Source: an uncultured Acidobacteriota bacterium (GTDB lineage Bacteria > Acidobacteriota > UBA6911). Taken from it: a stretch of DNA of 64,000 nt. Position 1 is the first letter of the stretch. Each line of letters opens with the position of its first letter. Location of the stretch: contig CAWHCF010000022.1 in the NCBI GenBank assembly GCA_963827655.1, positions 288,001 to 352,000 on the forward strand, in the 5' to 3' direction. Of this stretch, positions 1 through 10,866 are shown piece by piece. A model generated the notes under the pieces. It was not told the origin of the DNA. It saw nothing but the letters and a program-made list of their open reading frames with translations, and did no database searches. The translations under genes were made by a program, and so were the position numbers.

Positions 1-7
1 TTCGCTA

Positions 8-136
8 ATTGCAGATTGCGGATTGCGGATTGCGATTGGAAACAGATCGCCATTGATTGAAAAACTTGGCGGTTAATCGATCGCATCACATCGCGCTGCT
101 GTCAATCCGCAATCTGCAATCCGCAATCCGCAATCG
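8..136. repeat. Inverted heptamer array (GATTGCG)n ... (CAATCCG)n
   Basis: attgcagattgcggattgcggattgcgattg at 8-38 and caatccgcaatctgcaatccgcaatccgcaatcg at 103-136, immediately downstream of the yajQ stop. Confidence 0.85.
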
Positions 137-137
137 A

Positions 138-641
138 TCAGCCTCGGTAGTTCCCGAAATTCAGCTCCACGCCGAAGTCTTGTTCCCGCAGCCGAGCCAT
201 CACAACCTGAAGATCATCGCGAGAGGGTGCGGAAACCCGAACCTGGTCCTTCTGGATTTCCGCCTGGACTTTCTTCATCTTTTGATCCTTGATGAACTTT
301 ACGATCGAGCGGGAGGTCTCGGTAGGGATACCTTGCTGCAGAAGAATATCCTGTGTGACCGTAGCGCCGGCGGCGGGCATGATGTTCCCGGGCTGCAGGT
401 TTCGCACCGGCACCTTTCGTCGGACTAATTTCTCCTGCAGCACTTCCCACAGGGCCTTCAGCTTGAAGTCATCCGGCGCCCGGAGCACGAGCTTGTTCTC
501 CGCCCTGGGAAAATCGATCCCAACCTTCAGGCCCTTGAAGTCATAACGCTGGTTGATCTCCTTCATTGCCTGGTTAACGGCGTTGTCGACCTCCTGCAGG
601 TCGCATCCGGTAGTAATGTCAAACGACTGGGTAACTGCCAT
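138..641 (-). CDS. yajQ: YajQ family nucleotide/c-di-GMP-binding protein
   Basis: SFDI..DLQEVDNAVNQA.KEI.QRYDFKG, VQAEIQKDQVRVS..SRDDLQ, LNFGNYR; GGAGG RBS upstream. Confidence 0.95.
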   Translation of the reverse strand: MAVTQSFDITTGCDLQEVDNAVNQAMKEINQRYDFKGLKVGIDFPRAENKLVLRAPDDFKLKALWEVLQEKLVRRKVPVRNLQPGNIMPAAGATVTQDILLQQGIPTETSRSIVKFIKDQKMKKVQAEIQKDQVRVSAPSRDDLQVVMARLREQDFGVELNFGNYRG

Positions 642-769
642 TAAACCTCCAAACCAATACCGCTAAGTCAGGTTCAATTGCGCCGACTGGCAAAGACGGC
701 GACGATGCGTACCCGCGCAGTACGTGGAGCCGACACCATCGGGCCTCCTGCGTTCTGTCGACTCAGTTC

Positions 770-3551
770 CTTCGAAGGAATCTGATGCCCAGTCTGCCTT
801 GTGTTACTTCGCCAGTATCTTGACGCACCCAAGCTCACCCTGGCTGCTGTGCCTGGAGTGGCGCGGTCGATAGGTCTTCCCTGTTCGCCTATCGCCTTGA
901 TCAGCTCCTGAGTGGCGCGGTCGAAGTTTCGGGCCTGCCGGATCAGCTCCGATGAAGCAACTGATTTAGTTGCCTCCGAAGCGGGAGATGGCGCGGATGT
1001 CTGGGTCGAGGAGGGTTCTGACGGTGGTGGGGGGTGGACCGGTCGCCCTGGAATATCCGGGCCAGCGCCGCTTCCAGCGTCTCCTCCATCGCGATTCTGT
1101 TTTCGTAGGCAACGATGACCCGTTTCAGCTCGGGAATCTTGCCGGCTTCCGCCCTCAGATACAGAGGACGAACATAGAGCAGCGCTTCTTCGATCGGAAT
1201 TACCAGCAGAGTCCCCTGAATGACCTGGGATCCCCGCTGATCCCACAATGATATCTGCCGCGAGATCTCGGCATCCTGGTTGATCCGGGCCACGATCTGT
1301 CTCGGACCGTAAATCAGCTTCTGCTTGGGAAAGCGATAGACCACCAGCTGTCCATACTGGTCGCCATCGCTGCGGCCGACCATCCAGGCTGAAAGATTAT
1401 CCTTTCGCCCCGGAGTGAACGGCAGCATCAGGATGAACTCTTCTGTTTTTTCCTGAGGGAGCCGCATGATCGTGTAGTAAGGGGACATCGAACTCTGGTT
1501 GCCCTGCGAACCGAGCGCCGGAATTTCCCAGAGATCTTCCTTGTTGTAAAAAGCCTGCGTGTTCGTCATGTGGTACACGGCATAGACGTAAGACTGAACC
1601 GTGAATATGTCTTCCGGATAGCGAAGGTGACGGCGCAGGTCCTCCGAAAGGTCCGAGAGAGGACGGAAGATTCCGGGAAAGATGGATTGATAAACCTTGA
1701 TCAGCGGATCCTTCCGATCGGCAATGTAAAGCTCGACGTTTCCATTGTAGGCGTCGATGACAAGCTTCACGGAATTGCGCATGTAATTGCCGACTCCGAT
1801 CGTCGGCGTCGAGTACGGATAACGGTCCCCTACCGTGTATGCGTCCTGGATCCAATACAATTTCCCGTCGGATATCACGAGGTAGGGATCTTTGTCGGGC
1901 AGCAGGAAGGGCGCGACCCGCCGGACGCGACTCTTGATATCCCGAAAGTAGAGGAAGCGGCTTTCAGATTTGAGCAGTGGCGACAGAACGATGTTTGCAT
2001 CCTTGAAATAAAACGCAAAGAGCAGCTTCCTGAAAAACGAGTTGACCGGGACGCCGCCGGAGCCCTGGTATGAAGTGAAGACATTCTCCTCCCCGGCAGG
2101 ATAGTCGAACTCCTGCTCACCGGTCTTGACCACGACATATCCGGTCGTCAGCTCGCCGAAGTAGATCTCGGGGCGGTCGATTTTGAAAGTCGGTTGCGCC
2201 GAGCGCGGAGGTATATCCTGCACCAGCAAGACCGGTAGCCCTTCGGTGGTCACACGATTGACAGGGCCCAGCGTCAGGCCGTATCCGTGGGTGAATTGCA
2301 GATGCTCGTTGATCCACTTGCGATCGGGCAGGCTGGCCGAGTTCAACTCGCGGGCGGACAGCATCATCTGCTGAGTCAGCCCGTTGAGAGTATAGCGATC
2401 ATTATCCACCGAGGTGAAATCGTAGTAGGTTCGGATCTCCTGGATCTGGCTGAAGGTGTCGAGCAGCGGTTCGTGATCCCAGAGACGAATGCTCTGAATG
2501 GTGGCCGCATTCGCTCGAATATCCGCGGGAGTGAGAGCCTTGTCTCCTGACAGATTCCTCTCCTGAACATTGTCCAGGCCGTACCCTTGTATCGTTGCCT
2601 CAATGTTGTGCTGGATCTGCGGCGATTCCCTTCCCAGCTCATTGGGAGCCACGATAAACCTGTGTACGATGGCCGGATAGACCCGTCCTGCAACGATGAA
2701 CACAAAATACAGGGCAACCGCCCCGATCGCCCCGCGGTAGGTCGAGGAGAAGGCGTTGTAAATCCAGAGCAGCCGCGCCCAGCGAGAGCGGCTGCCGCCA
2801 GCAGCGAAAGCATCGGAAGGCGCGCATTGAGGTCCGTGTACGTAGCCCCATACAGAGGGCCGCCATGATTCGAAAAAAGGATCTGAAACCGGCTGATATA
2901 GGCATCGGCTGCGAGCAGCAGGAATGCCAGCGCCGCCAGCAGAGAAACGTGCCGCCTGACGCGGCTTCCCCTCTCAAAGGTGCGGATTCTCGGAAGCGAC
3001 ACGGCACCCTTGAAGTAGTACAGGACCAATACTCCCACGCCCGAAAAGAAACAAAGAACCAGACCGAGGCGCACCACTTCTTCAAAGACCGGCAGCGAAA
3101 AGAAGTAAAAACCGATGTCTCGCGTAAAGACCCTGTCCGTGACCTCGAAATTGACGCTGTGCAGCCACCGCCAGACGATCTCCCACCTCTGGGCGCTGCG
3201 CATCGCGAGCACGAATGCAATTCCAAGCGAAATCAGGCCCAGTACTCGCCGGATCTGTTCATTGGGGAAAGTGTAGGCGGTGATTTGACCGCTGGGAGTC
3301 GGAATTCCGATCTGGATGTTGCCAGGGCTTCTATGGGCGTACCAGAGATTCAGATACAGGAACAAAAAGACCAGGAAGAGCGTGGCCGAAAAGACAGAGC
3401 CTTTGGCGTAAAGAGTCGTGGTAAATATAGTCGCTTTGCCGATCTCCTGAAACCAGAGCCAATCGAAGTACATGTCGACGGCAAAAGAGAGCCCTCCGAG
3501 GAGCACAAAGAAAGCCACGACTACGAACATGAATGGGATTCTCTTGCGCAT
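770..3551 (-). CDS. UPF0182 family membrane protein (frameshifted near 2720 and 1020; 3' end garbled, end coordinate approximate)
   Basis: N-part [33 protein letters not shown] (ORF 2376-3563); C-part [57 protein letters not shown] (ORF 943-2703). Confidence 0.9.
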
Positions 3552-3615
3552 AGAAAGCCTCACGCCTCGCTCATTGTTTTTTCCAGCATGTCACTACGTT
3601 ACGGATAAATCAAGC

Positions 3616-3827
3616 GATTGACGATTTACAAGATTGACGATTGACGATTGACGATTGACGATTTACCAATAAGGATTCGCGGCAGGTCAGGTATGAACAA
3701 TCGTCAATCGTCAATCCGTCGGTCAATCGTCAATTCGTCGGTTAATCGTTAATGGCTAATCGTCGATCGGCAATCGTAAATCGTCAATCGTCGGCCAATC
3801 GTCAATCGTCAATCGTCAATCGTCAAT
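3616..3827. repeat. Inverted heptamer array (GATTGAC)n ... (AATCGTC)n
   Basis: About 7 units on the left arm (3616-3666); long degenerate complementary arm (3698-3827) that runs into the next ORF. Confidence 0.9.
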
Positions 3828-5623
3828 CCCTGGTCGTGGCCCTCGTCGCGGCGCTCCTGTACCTCCCGGCCTTGTCCTACGATTTCACTTTCGACGACGG
3901 GACGATCGTGGCGAGAAACCCGGCGGTTCAGGACTGGGGGAACTGGAAGCTCATTTTCTTCTCGGATTACTGGCCCGAGGCACACTCGGCCCTGTATCGC
4001 CCCGTGACGATTTTTTCCTTCGCGCTGGAGAGACTGCTCCATGGCGCCGCCCCGTCCGGTTTTCATTTGACCAACCTTTTCCTTCACTCGGCGGTTTCCG
4101 CCATGGTCTTCCTGCTGGCCACACGGCTGATGGGAACGACCTGGGGCGCTGCGCTGGCGGGCATTCTCTTCGCGGTTCACCCTGTGCATTGCGAAGCGGT
4201 AAGCGGCGTTGTCGGGCGCGCCGAATTACTCTCGTCCCTGTTGGGCCTTGGAGCTTTTTGGATCTGGGCCGGCGACCCGGATTCGGATCGGTCTTCCGGG
4301 CCACGCCCAGCCTTGCTGAAAGGAATGTTACTGTATCTCCTCGCGCTGGGAGCCAAGGAGAATGTGATCATTCTCCCGGGAGTTCTTTTTCTCTGGGAGA
4401 TTGCGCGCGCGCGCGCCGGAGCAGTAGGGGCGCAAATCCGTCAGGTGGTTCGAAGCCCCAGGCTCTGGGGACTCATCGCTGTGACGCTGGGGTTCCTGGC
4501 GATACGAAGCATGGCGTTGGGGGGGATTCAGGCCTCGCTGAGTCCTGCGCCGTCATTCGTTGAGAACCCGCTGGTACGCGAGCCTGCAGCGGCCCGCATC
4601 CTGAGCGCTCTCTCCAACCAATGGCATGCGCTGGTCCTCCACGTAATACCTCGTCCCTTGATTGCCGACTACTCCTTCGACACTTTGCCCGTAGTTCATA
4701 GCTGGATGAATCTCAAAGCCGCTGCCATGCTGCTGTTCGCCATAGGCTCCCTGGCGCTCTGGGGAATGAGACACCGGATGGCGGCTGTTCTGACCCTGGT
4801 CCCTTCCTGGTATCTACTGGCCGTCTTGCCCACGAGCAACATCCCCTTGGCGATTGGAACCGTCTTTGCCGAACGTCTGCTTTACTTCCCGTCGGTTGCG
4901 TTCTGTATTGGAGTAGGGGCGCTTGCTTCAGCCGCCTTGGGACGGGAAGCCGCGATGTGGAAGATACCGGTTTCTCGCGCGGGCAAGGCGATCCTGGGTT
5001 GTTCTCTGCTTGTCGTCCTCGCGTTTTCGGTGCTGACGCTCGCGCGTAATCCTGTCTGGAAGAACGACCTGGCGCTGTTCACAGACACGGTGGACAAAGC
5101 CCCCCGCAATGTCAAAGCCCGCTTGTGGCTCGGAGACTCTCTGGTGCGGTCTGGAGATCTGAGCGCCGCGATCAGTCAGTACCGCGCGGCCCTGGAAATC
5201 TATCCCGACTACGCGCCCGCGGCCGCCAACCTTGTCGTTCCATTGAAGGGTCTGGGAAGGCTGCAGGAAGCGATCGACACTGGCGAACGAGCGCGTGCGT
5301 TATTCGGAAATGAGAATGCCGGACTGCTTTATAACCTGGCACTCACCTACCTCGAGGCCGGCGAGCCGGTGCCCTTTCTCGACTACATGGGACGGGTTGT
5401 AAGACTTGAGCCAAACAACAGCAGGGCTCACCTGCGGCTTGGGCTGTACTATTTCCAGCGCGGAGCCGACCGCGCCGCTGCCCGAGCGCACCTCGAGCAG
5501 GCGCTGCGATCGAACCCTTCGGCCGAGGATGCCGCCGCGATCAAGAACTTACTGGCGAGAATCAGTTCTTCCCCGCTAGTGTCTGCAAAGATGGTGGGCG
5601 CGCTTTTGCCTCGCGCCCTGTAA
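3752..5623 (+). CDS. TMTC-like GT-C membrane glycosyltransferase with C-terminal TPR repeats
   Basis: FTFDD, YRPVT, HPVHCEAV..VVGRAEL, AKE, DYSF, AERLLYFPS motifs, many TM segments, TPRs after RNPVWKNDLALF; start uncertain because it lies in the repeat. Confidence 0.85.
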   Translation: MANRRSAIVNRQSSANRQSSIVNRQSLVVALVAALLYLPALSYDFTFDDGTIVARNPAVQDWGNWKLIFFSDYWPEAHSALYRPVTIFSFALERLLHGAAPSGFHLTNLFLHSAVSAMVFLLATRLMGTTWGAALAGILFAVHPVHCEAVSGVVGRAELLSSLLGLGAFWIWAGDPDSDRSSGPRPALLKGMLLYLLALGAKENVIILPGVLFLWEIARARAGAVGAQIRQVVRSPRLWGLIAVTLGFLAIRSMALGGIQASLSPAPSFVENPLVREPAAARILSALSNQWHALVLHVIPRPLIADYSFDTLPVVHSWMNLKAAAMLLFAIGSLALWGMRHRMAAVLTLVPSWYLLAVLPTSNIPLAIGTVFAERLLYFPSVAFCIGVGALASAALGREAAMWKIPVSRAGKAILGCSLLVVLAFSVLTLARNPVWKNDLALFTDTVDKAPRNVKARLWLGDSLVRSGDLSAAISQYRAALEIYPDYAPAAANLVVPLKGLGRLQEAIDTGERARALFGNENAGLLYNLALTYLEAGEPVPFLDYMGRVVRLEPNNSRAHLRLGLYYFQRGADRAAARAHLEQALRSNPSAEDAAAIKNLLARISSSPLVSAKMVGALLPRAL

Positions 5624-6018
5624 GAAGGTGCGACAGAAATTGATGCCGTGGCGCGGGTCATCAGCGAAACTGTCGCAAACTGCCCCCGGTTATGTACGGA
5701 CGGGCAATCAGAGCCACGTCCGGCTCCCGAGGGCCCTACTGGACTTTTAAGCGTTAAGGCGCCGCGACTACATAACTTGCTGACGGGCCAATGCGCCCGT
5801 CGCCACAGGGTGCTTGGACATAGTCGCCGTCAAAGCCGCTCGCGGCGTCGCGGCTGCAGCTTGCCATCAGGTCGGCTAATTATCCTCGCCCCTCACAGGG
5901 CTAAAGGGTCTGCCGGACCGATCAAGATGCCGTCGCTGAAGGTTCACAGCTTCTAAGGCCGGGATTAATTACCTCGTGTTGAGCGCTGAAGGCGCTGCAC
6001 ATGTTAATAGCCATCGTG

Positions 6019-9000
6019 TTACGCGGCGACTGCGGTTGCCCTCACACTCGCAAGCACCGCCACCAACTCGTCAACCTGCGAAGAACTGAAAAGCCCGTCA
6101 GGTCCCCGCGGCGTGAGATCCGTGAACGGCGACTCGTAAAGCAGCGCGGCCTCCATCACGCCGTGCTCGGTCAAGTGGTTCACGATCAGGTTCACGAACT
6201 CGATCTGGTTCGCGCCGAGCGTCTTCCCTGCCAGGAACCCTGCCAGCGCCCCTTTGGCCGCCTCGCGATCCATCCCCACCAGAGATCGAACGAACAAGCC
6301 TAGCCCCTGCGACTCCGTTCTTGCGCGGTTGACGTACTCGGCCGCCCCGACGCCGCTCTGCGACGAGCATTCGCTCCAGTTCGGCCAGATCGGCCGCAGT
6401 GAGCGGCCTGGTTCATCCGCAGCTTGTGGATCGTGACGTGATCCTGGTGCGCGCGCAAAAATGCCTGCGCCTTCGCGCGGAACTTCGCGTAGTCCGTGCC
6501 TTCCGCGAAGCCGGGCAGCGCAAAGTCGGTTTCGCCGCCCATCACATCCTCAAAATCGGTGTAGATGGGTTTGCGCTTCTGCTTTTCGATCAACTTCACG
6601 AGATCCCGCAGGCGCCGCCGGACACTCTCGAGCATCGGGATGGTCACGTCCTGCCACCACTCGTCCGTCTGCACCTCCTGGATGAGCGCCATCTGCTCAC
6701 GCACCATCGGAATGGCCGACTTCTCCTCGAGCAGACCGGCGATTTCCTTGACCTGATCCCGCAGACGCTCGAAGCCCGGTTCTGAGCGAAGACGCGCGAG
6801 CTGCAGGTTGAGAAGGAGCAGATCGAAGCGTTTCGCCTCTTCGGCCTCAGCCTCTAGTTCCGACGGCAAACCCGCGACCTCGTGCGACAGCTCCGACAAG
6901 GCCTCGGCAGAGAGCGCCGTCCACGCTTTCGAGCGTGGAGTACTTCTCCACGACGCGGCGATGCGGCCGGACCACGAAGTTGTCGAGGTTCATCGCCGCC
7001 ACTTCCCTGTGCAGCAGCTCGCCGATCGCGTGCCGGACTTCCGCGTCGGTCTTCGGCTCGCCGTAGGCAGTGATTTCAGGCTGCTTCACGCTCTCACCGG
7101 CGCCATGCTTGTCCAACTCGCCGATCAGCTCCAATCGTGCCGTGAACAGCCGCTTGCCCAGCGACTCTGCCGGCGCACCTTCGGTCGCCTCGGGGTTCTG
7201 GCTGAAGTACTCCAGGTTCTGGCAGTAGTCGAAGAGGTAGAAGAACGGCTTGTGCTGCCCGGGCCCGAACAGGTCGGGGCAGAGGCGCGTGCCTCGGCCA
7301 ACCATCTGCCAGAACTTGGTCTTCGAGCGCACCAGCTTGAAGAAGACCAGGTTCACGACTTCCGGGATGTCGATGCCGGTATCGAGCATGTCCACTGAAA
7401 TTGCGATGTGCGGCGCCTTGTCCTTGTTCGAGAAGTTGTCGATCAGGCTTTGCGCGTACTCGGTCTTGAAGGTGATGACGCGCGCGAACTCACCTTTGTA
7501 ATGCGGATAGTTCGCGTTGAAGCGCTCGGCGATGAACTCCGCATGGGCCTGGTTCTTGGCGAAGACGATGGTCTTTCCCAGGCGGTCGCCCCCTGCGACC
7601 TTCATGCCGCGCGTCATCAGGTGCTCGAGCACCTTGTCGACCGTGTCCTTGTTGAAGAGCCACTTGTTGACGGCTTCGGCCTCGACCCGGTCGGGCACAC
7701 CGCCGTCCTCGTCCCACTCGAGCGCATCCCACTGGTCCTTGTCGTCTTCCGACAGGTCGTCGTACTTGATCCCCTCGCGCTGGAACTTGAGCGGCACCGA
7801 GACGGCCTTCGGCGGCACGAGAAAGCCGTCTCTCACTGCTTCTTCGAGCGAGTAGGCGTCGGTCGGCACGCCGTTTTCGAGATCGAACAGGCCGTAGGTA
7901 TTGCGGTCCACCTCGTCCTTGGGTGTGGCGGTGAGCCCGACCAGCAGCGAATCGAAGTAGTCGAAGATGGCGCGGTACTTCTGGAATACCGAGCGGTGCG
8001 CCTCGTCAATGATCACCAGATCGAAGTGGCCGGCGCCGAAGCGGCGCTGGCCCTGCCGCGTCTCGTCGATCAGCCCCATCATCGTCGGATAGGTCGAGAC
8101 GAAGACGCGCCCCTCGGCGTCCTTCTCGGTGACCAGATTCACCGGCGCCGCGTCGGGCAGATGCCGCTTGAACGCATTCACCGCCTGGTTGACGAGCGCC
8201 ACGCGGTCCGCCAGAAACAGCACCCGCTTCACCCAGTTGCAGCGCATCAGCAGATCGCAGAGCGCGATCACCGTGCGGGTCTTGCCCGCGCCGGTGGCCA
8301 TCACCAGGAGCGCCTTGCGGTCGTGATCGCGCTCGAAGGCCTCGGCGATGCGGCGAATGCCGCGCGTCTGGTAGAACCGCTCGACGATGGCCGGGTTGAC
8401 CTCGGCGGCGGCCAGAGACTTCCGGCTGCTGCGCCGCTGGATGACGAGCTCCAGCTCCGCCTTCTTGTAGAAGCCCTGCACCCGGCGCGGCGGATAAGAC
8501 GCGTCGTCCCACAGCCAGTGCTCGTAGCCGTTCGAGTAGAAGATCAGCGGGCGCCGGCCGAACTGCCGCTCCAGGCAGTCGGCATAGAGCTTGGCCTGCT
8601 GCTGCCCCACGCGCGGGTCGCGGCGGGTGCGCTTGGCTTCGACCAGGCCCAGGGGCTTGCCGTCGTCGCCCCAGAGCACGTAGTCCACAAAACCCTTGCC
8701 TTCCCGGTTGGGCATGCCGGCGACTTCGAACTCCCGGTCGCGGGCCTGGTCCAGCGGCCAGCCGGCTTCTTTCAACAGCAGGTCGATGAAGAAGTCGCGC
8801 GTCTCGGTTTCCGCATAATCGTGGGTATCGGGCTGCGCCGCGGCGGCCTTTTTCGCCTCGGCCACTTCGGCGCGCAGGCGCTTCAGCTCCTCATCGAGCG
8901 TCGACCTGTCGGCCAGGAGCGCCGCGAGTTTCTCGTCGCGTTCGCGCAGCGCGGTCTCGAGCCGCTGCAGCTGTTCGGCGGTCTGCTTCGGCGCCGGCGC

Positions 9001-9429
9001 AGCCTTCGGCAGCGCGCTCGCGTCGAAGACCAGCCCGGGCGCCGGGCGCACCGCGCGGCCGTAGGTGCGAGCCAGCCAGTACGTCACATGGAACAGCTCG
9101 CGCACGGCAACCAGCGCGTCGTCCGCCGGGATCGCGCGGTGGCTGTGGACGGCGCGGTTGCCGAGCGTGTTGACCACCCGCGCCTTGCTGAAGACGGCCT
9201 CCCCCGCCGTCTGCTTGAAGCTCGGCTCGTGGATCAGCGCGCTCAGATTGTCCTGGTACGGCAGCTTCAGCGCCGCGTCGTGCTTGTAGGCCCACGCCAC
9301 AGCCAGCTCGAGCGCGCGCCGGGCGTAGAAGCAGGCCGTGCGCGGGTCGGCGTGAACCGCCGCCTCGGCCTTGCCGGCGGCCTCGAACACGTCCGGCCAT
9401 TCGCGCTGGAGGAAGGCGAAGTGGGTCAT
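6019..9429 (-). CDS. hsdR: Type I restriction enzyme subunit R (DUF4145 N-terminus, EcoEI-R-like C-terminus); frameshifts near 6920 and 6300-6410
   Basis: VDYVLW...VEAKR nuclease motif, MATGAGKT Walker [30 protein letters not shown]-terminal LYESPFTD. Confidence 0.92.
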
Positions 9430-9514
9430 TGGCTCCGCTCCGCCATGTCGCAAGTTTGTCGCAAGTTATGTCGCAGGTCTGTCATCGCGTGTCACAGCTT
9501 GTCACAGCTCCGTG

Positions 9515-9658
9515 TCACAGCCTGTCATAGCTTCCCGGGCAATTCACCCACTCGTCCGAGAGCGTCGCCGCCTCCAGAAACCCTCGCGCCCGCTCGATGG
9601 CCGTCAGGCCGGCGGTGATTGTGTTGGTGATGGTGAAGCGGGGAGCGAAGGAGACCAC
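9515..9658 (-). pseudogene. Fic-family protein remnant (N-terminus only)
   Basis: GTG start just after the hsdS stop; [37 protein letters not shown] resembles Fic N-termini; no HPFxxGNGR motif; followed by tgtcacag/gtcgcaag repeats. Confidence 0.55.
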
Positions 9659-9660
9659 GG

Positions 9661-10866
9661 CTACAGCTCCCCGCGGAAGGCGCGATGCTGGAGCGAGGCG
9701 AAGAGCGCGTCGAGTTCGGCGAGCGAGGCGCGGTGGGTGGCTTTGAGTTTCTCGACGGCGGCGACGCGGCGAGCGAAGTCGTGCTGGAGCTCGACGGTGG
9801 GCAGCGGAATCGGCATCCTTCGAAATCGCCCTGGTCAAGTTCGACGCGCTGCGCCGTCGTACTGTAGTCTCGAGCATCTCGCTCTGACAGCGGCAATGTC
9901 GCAGAACAGCATCGAAGAAACATCGGTCGACGCATTGCTCCAGCGGTCGCAGCCGCAATGATGCGTCGTGTTGAGTAGCAATGCGGCAATGCTCGTCAGG
10001 CACATCGCGCGATCGTCCGCAGGTCGCCAGTCCTTCGCGACGAGCACGTCGCCGCATCGACGCGTAGTGCGTCGTAACGTCTGCGTCGTACTTCGTCGGC
10101 GATGAATGCCGTTCGGTGTCGTCGACGAAACTCGTCCGTCGACGATGTTCATCGACGTTCGATAAGCCTGATGCGCTTCGTCGCGAATTGCTGCGGCTCG
10201 CTCGGCACCTTCCTGAATGAGCTCGCACACGTTCGCCAACGTCTCGACGATTGGCCATCCCTTCGGATTCGTGGCGGGGTCGCCGAACATGTCGAGGAAG
10301 ATGGATTGGGTGAGGGTGTCGAGTTGGGCGAGGGCGGCGCGGCGCTTGGCCCGCAGCGCCTCCGCCCGGTCCAGCACCTCCGCAATCCGCCGCTGCTCGG
10401 GGAGGGGCGGGAGCGGGATCTCGACTCCGTGCGCCATGTCGTCTGGAACGTCGCTTGAACAGTTGCGCCCGTCGCCTGCATGCGCACTGTCGGCGTGAAT
10501 CTGAGCGCATGAGAAGTGGAGCAAGTAGTCGCCATCCAGGTTCGTCGGCAGTCGCGGACGCATGCATGCTCGATGGCTGCAACCATACGCCGACGTCGAT
10601 CAGCCGATGATACGTCGCGCACGTTCGTTGCGACAGGCACTGCGATTGCAGAAAGGACGTCTGCCGGCAGCAATACGTCTGGACTCGCACTGACTTCGCT
10701 GCATCGGAGTCGACCCACGATCCTTCGACGTCTGGACCTCCGGAGCTCGCAGGCTCGATGCTGACAGATCGAGTGGCCGTTCGCGTGCGTCGCAACTCGA
10801 CGGAGCTCCACCGTTGATCGACGCTTCACGCAAGCTCGCCGAGTGGCAATCGAGCCAGCGACTCAT
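9661..10866 (-). CDS. hsdS: Type I R-M specificity subunit; both TRDs unreadable or scrambled
   Basis: ATG overlaps the hsdM TGA; clean central region [41 protein letters not shown] and clean end [36 protein letters not shown]. Confidence 0.88.

Noticed and set aside
57-428. ORFs built from repeat translations (57-428, 32401-32742, 48159-48359, 27406-27726)
   Set aside because: Their IRNLQS, IVNRQS and EIRGQAP peptides are translations of non-coding repeats overlapping real genes
5624-6018. ORF 5648-5956 or a tRNA/att site at the R-M island edge
   Set aside because: No protein motifs, no cloverleaf and no direct repeat matching the other boundary was seen
9515-10829. ORFs 9515-10795, 10149-10829 and 9525-9989 as novel genes
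   Set aside because: Alternative frames through the scrambled hsdS region
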